Source: Nemertoderma westbladi
Taxonomy: Eukaryota; Animalia; Xenacoelomorpha
Length of the DNA: 35,278 bases
NCBI GenBank assembly: GCA_032718475.1
Contig: JAUCBJ010003797.1
Coordinates: 1-35,278, forward strand
Direction: 5' to 3'
A program made the translations under genes and the position numbers. Each line of letters starts with the position of its first letter. Position 1 is the stretch's first letter. Under the pieces are notes generated by a model. That model ran no database searches. It was not told the origin of the DNA and worked only from the letters and a program-made list of their open reading frames with translations. Below are positions 35,101-35,278 of the stretch, piece after piece.

Positions 35101-35278
35101 CGCATCGGTGTTTGTTCGGAGTCTGAGGTACATTGCACATCGGAAACTTCGGTAAGGGGGGATGAACCCGTAGCTTCTACATTCCATAAGCCGATAGGGA
35201 GTTGCCGTCAATCATTTTGCTCGACTGCGGCAGATTGTTGAACATTGCGTGAGGGTCGACTTCTGTAGCCAAATTGGG
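32123..35278 (-). mobile_element. Non-LTR retrotransposon (APE-type LINE, probably CR1/L2 group), 5' end beyond the window
   Basis: Intact ORF2, a 3' UTR of about 160 bp ending in the stem-loop GCCCC-GCGTG-GGGGC, and an A15 tail (T15 on + at 32123-32137). Confidence 0.92.
32298..35138 (-). CDS. LINE ORF2: APE endonuclease, reverse transcriptase and C-terminal CCHC
   Basis: WNVEGL, LTET, GGDFN and TIDL (endonuclease). QYGF, FVDFRKAFD, QGDCFSP, FADD and YLG (RT). CKYC-x8-H-x3-C at the C-terminus. 946 uninterrupted codons; true start uncertain. Confidence 0.95.
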   Translation of the reverse strand: MQCTSDSEQTPMRSLKLALWNVEGLNYVHETLSNREVVGEADLLLLTETFYCKKEFSFPGFYSYVQPARNSGRGRPQGGLVILAKPELSPKEIAVTDNYLVLRTNAAYILAFYFNPETSIEDILLSISEALTFTNPEVPIILGGDFNCRIDDRATGTRGTDLRTNLQILGFTVQNKSSECTYYSPQGTSTIDLYYTRVPSDIEVRASSVTIRLHPIRKHQRVDLHIVIAFNNEYIDKPAPQLSRKLNTNILEEELRKNDIISYLLEGEIDTAVDNINNTISAASQKHHKSRSHHQPWYDDECKSKKRELMSILHEQRVYSNNVTGYWSLRKEYKRLIKVKMLAHKEELLLNRLRQSEITPWSLWKDARVATVAPIDLKILEQHFETLIGQNETSPESPPNQPFFTPVPGENESDDWYNQPFGETEVNNAINRTANGKACGTDGLFYEHFKQVIPYMITILVLLFNTCLNVSYIPQIWKTSIIKILYKGKGSYSDPGNYRGVAMICVLLKIFTSMINARVISKIKTMLPTEQYGFITGRSTRQALKKFIEFVNVTVHNTNSKPVYAVFVDFRKAFDLVDRNILLYKMYTQFGIKGKLFQLIRAIFNNSVKIYDGIKYSSPIVQLRGILQGDCFSPTGFIMFIADLSTLLRRIGSALLFIFFADDLVLYSTEKEAIQAGLDQLYEWCKLNKMHVNLDKTKVIKFRRGGRLAKADVFKYGGLPIEITNRYTYLGVTLQPTLCFTQHIENKKQRSYTLIGCLRNLNLVSIKTGVKIFKMKIYPAVTYAFPEIAPHLTVSNLKELDKIKSTFLKRLLSLPKNASSTLAHNLTNCKTLTEDICEQYPNIINPAALELYRNFRTERDNNFSGQGYILGPAFKSNVWRSTNQRNRHIITRTTAHGFHHIICSTTTPFHERMQTCTCKYCGNSAEDLYHVLECSSSPELSSLAAQ

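Overview
This is eukaryotic, most likely invertebrate-animal, genomic DNA: AT-rich intergenic sequence, standard genetic code, no operons or CRISPR. Host genes are single-ORF FAN1 (+), CHP1 (-) and COX10 (+), a candidate GPI-anchored Ly6/three-finger-like protein, a candidate 83-aa membrane microprotein and the probable last exon of an SLC16/MCT transporter. Mobile DNA includes a full-length but decayed Ty3/Gypsy (CsRn1-like) LTR element (TSD, tRNA-Trp-like PBS, -1 frameshift signal), a LINE with an intact 946-aa APE-RT ORF2, and a 5'-truncated RTE-like LINE nested in a Helentron/HINE-like element. There are also an older LINE relic, MITE/foldback elements, and 24-bp and 42-bp minisatellites. 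The most unusual observations are a tRNA-like gene split by a micro-inversion, a UGA-CGG readthrough-like LINE ORF1/ORF2 junction with a duplicated endonuclease motif, the cluster of intronless conserved genes, and a 42-bp array open in frame into the transporter exon. I see no clear evidence of a wholly new multi-gene system. All family assignments come from motif recognition, not database searches.
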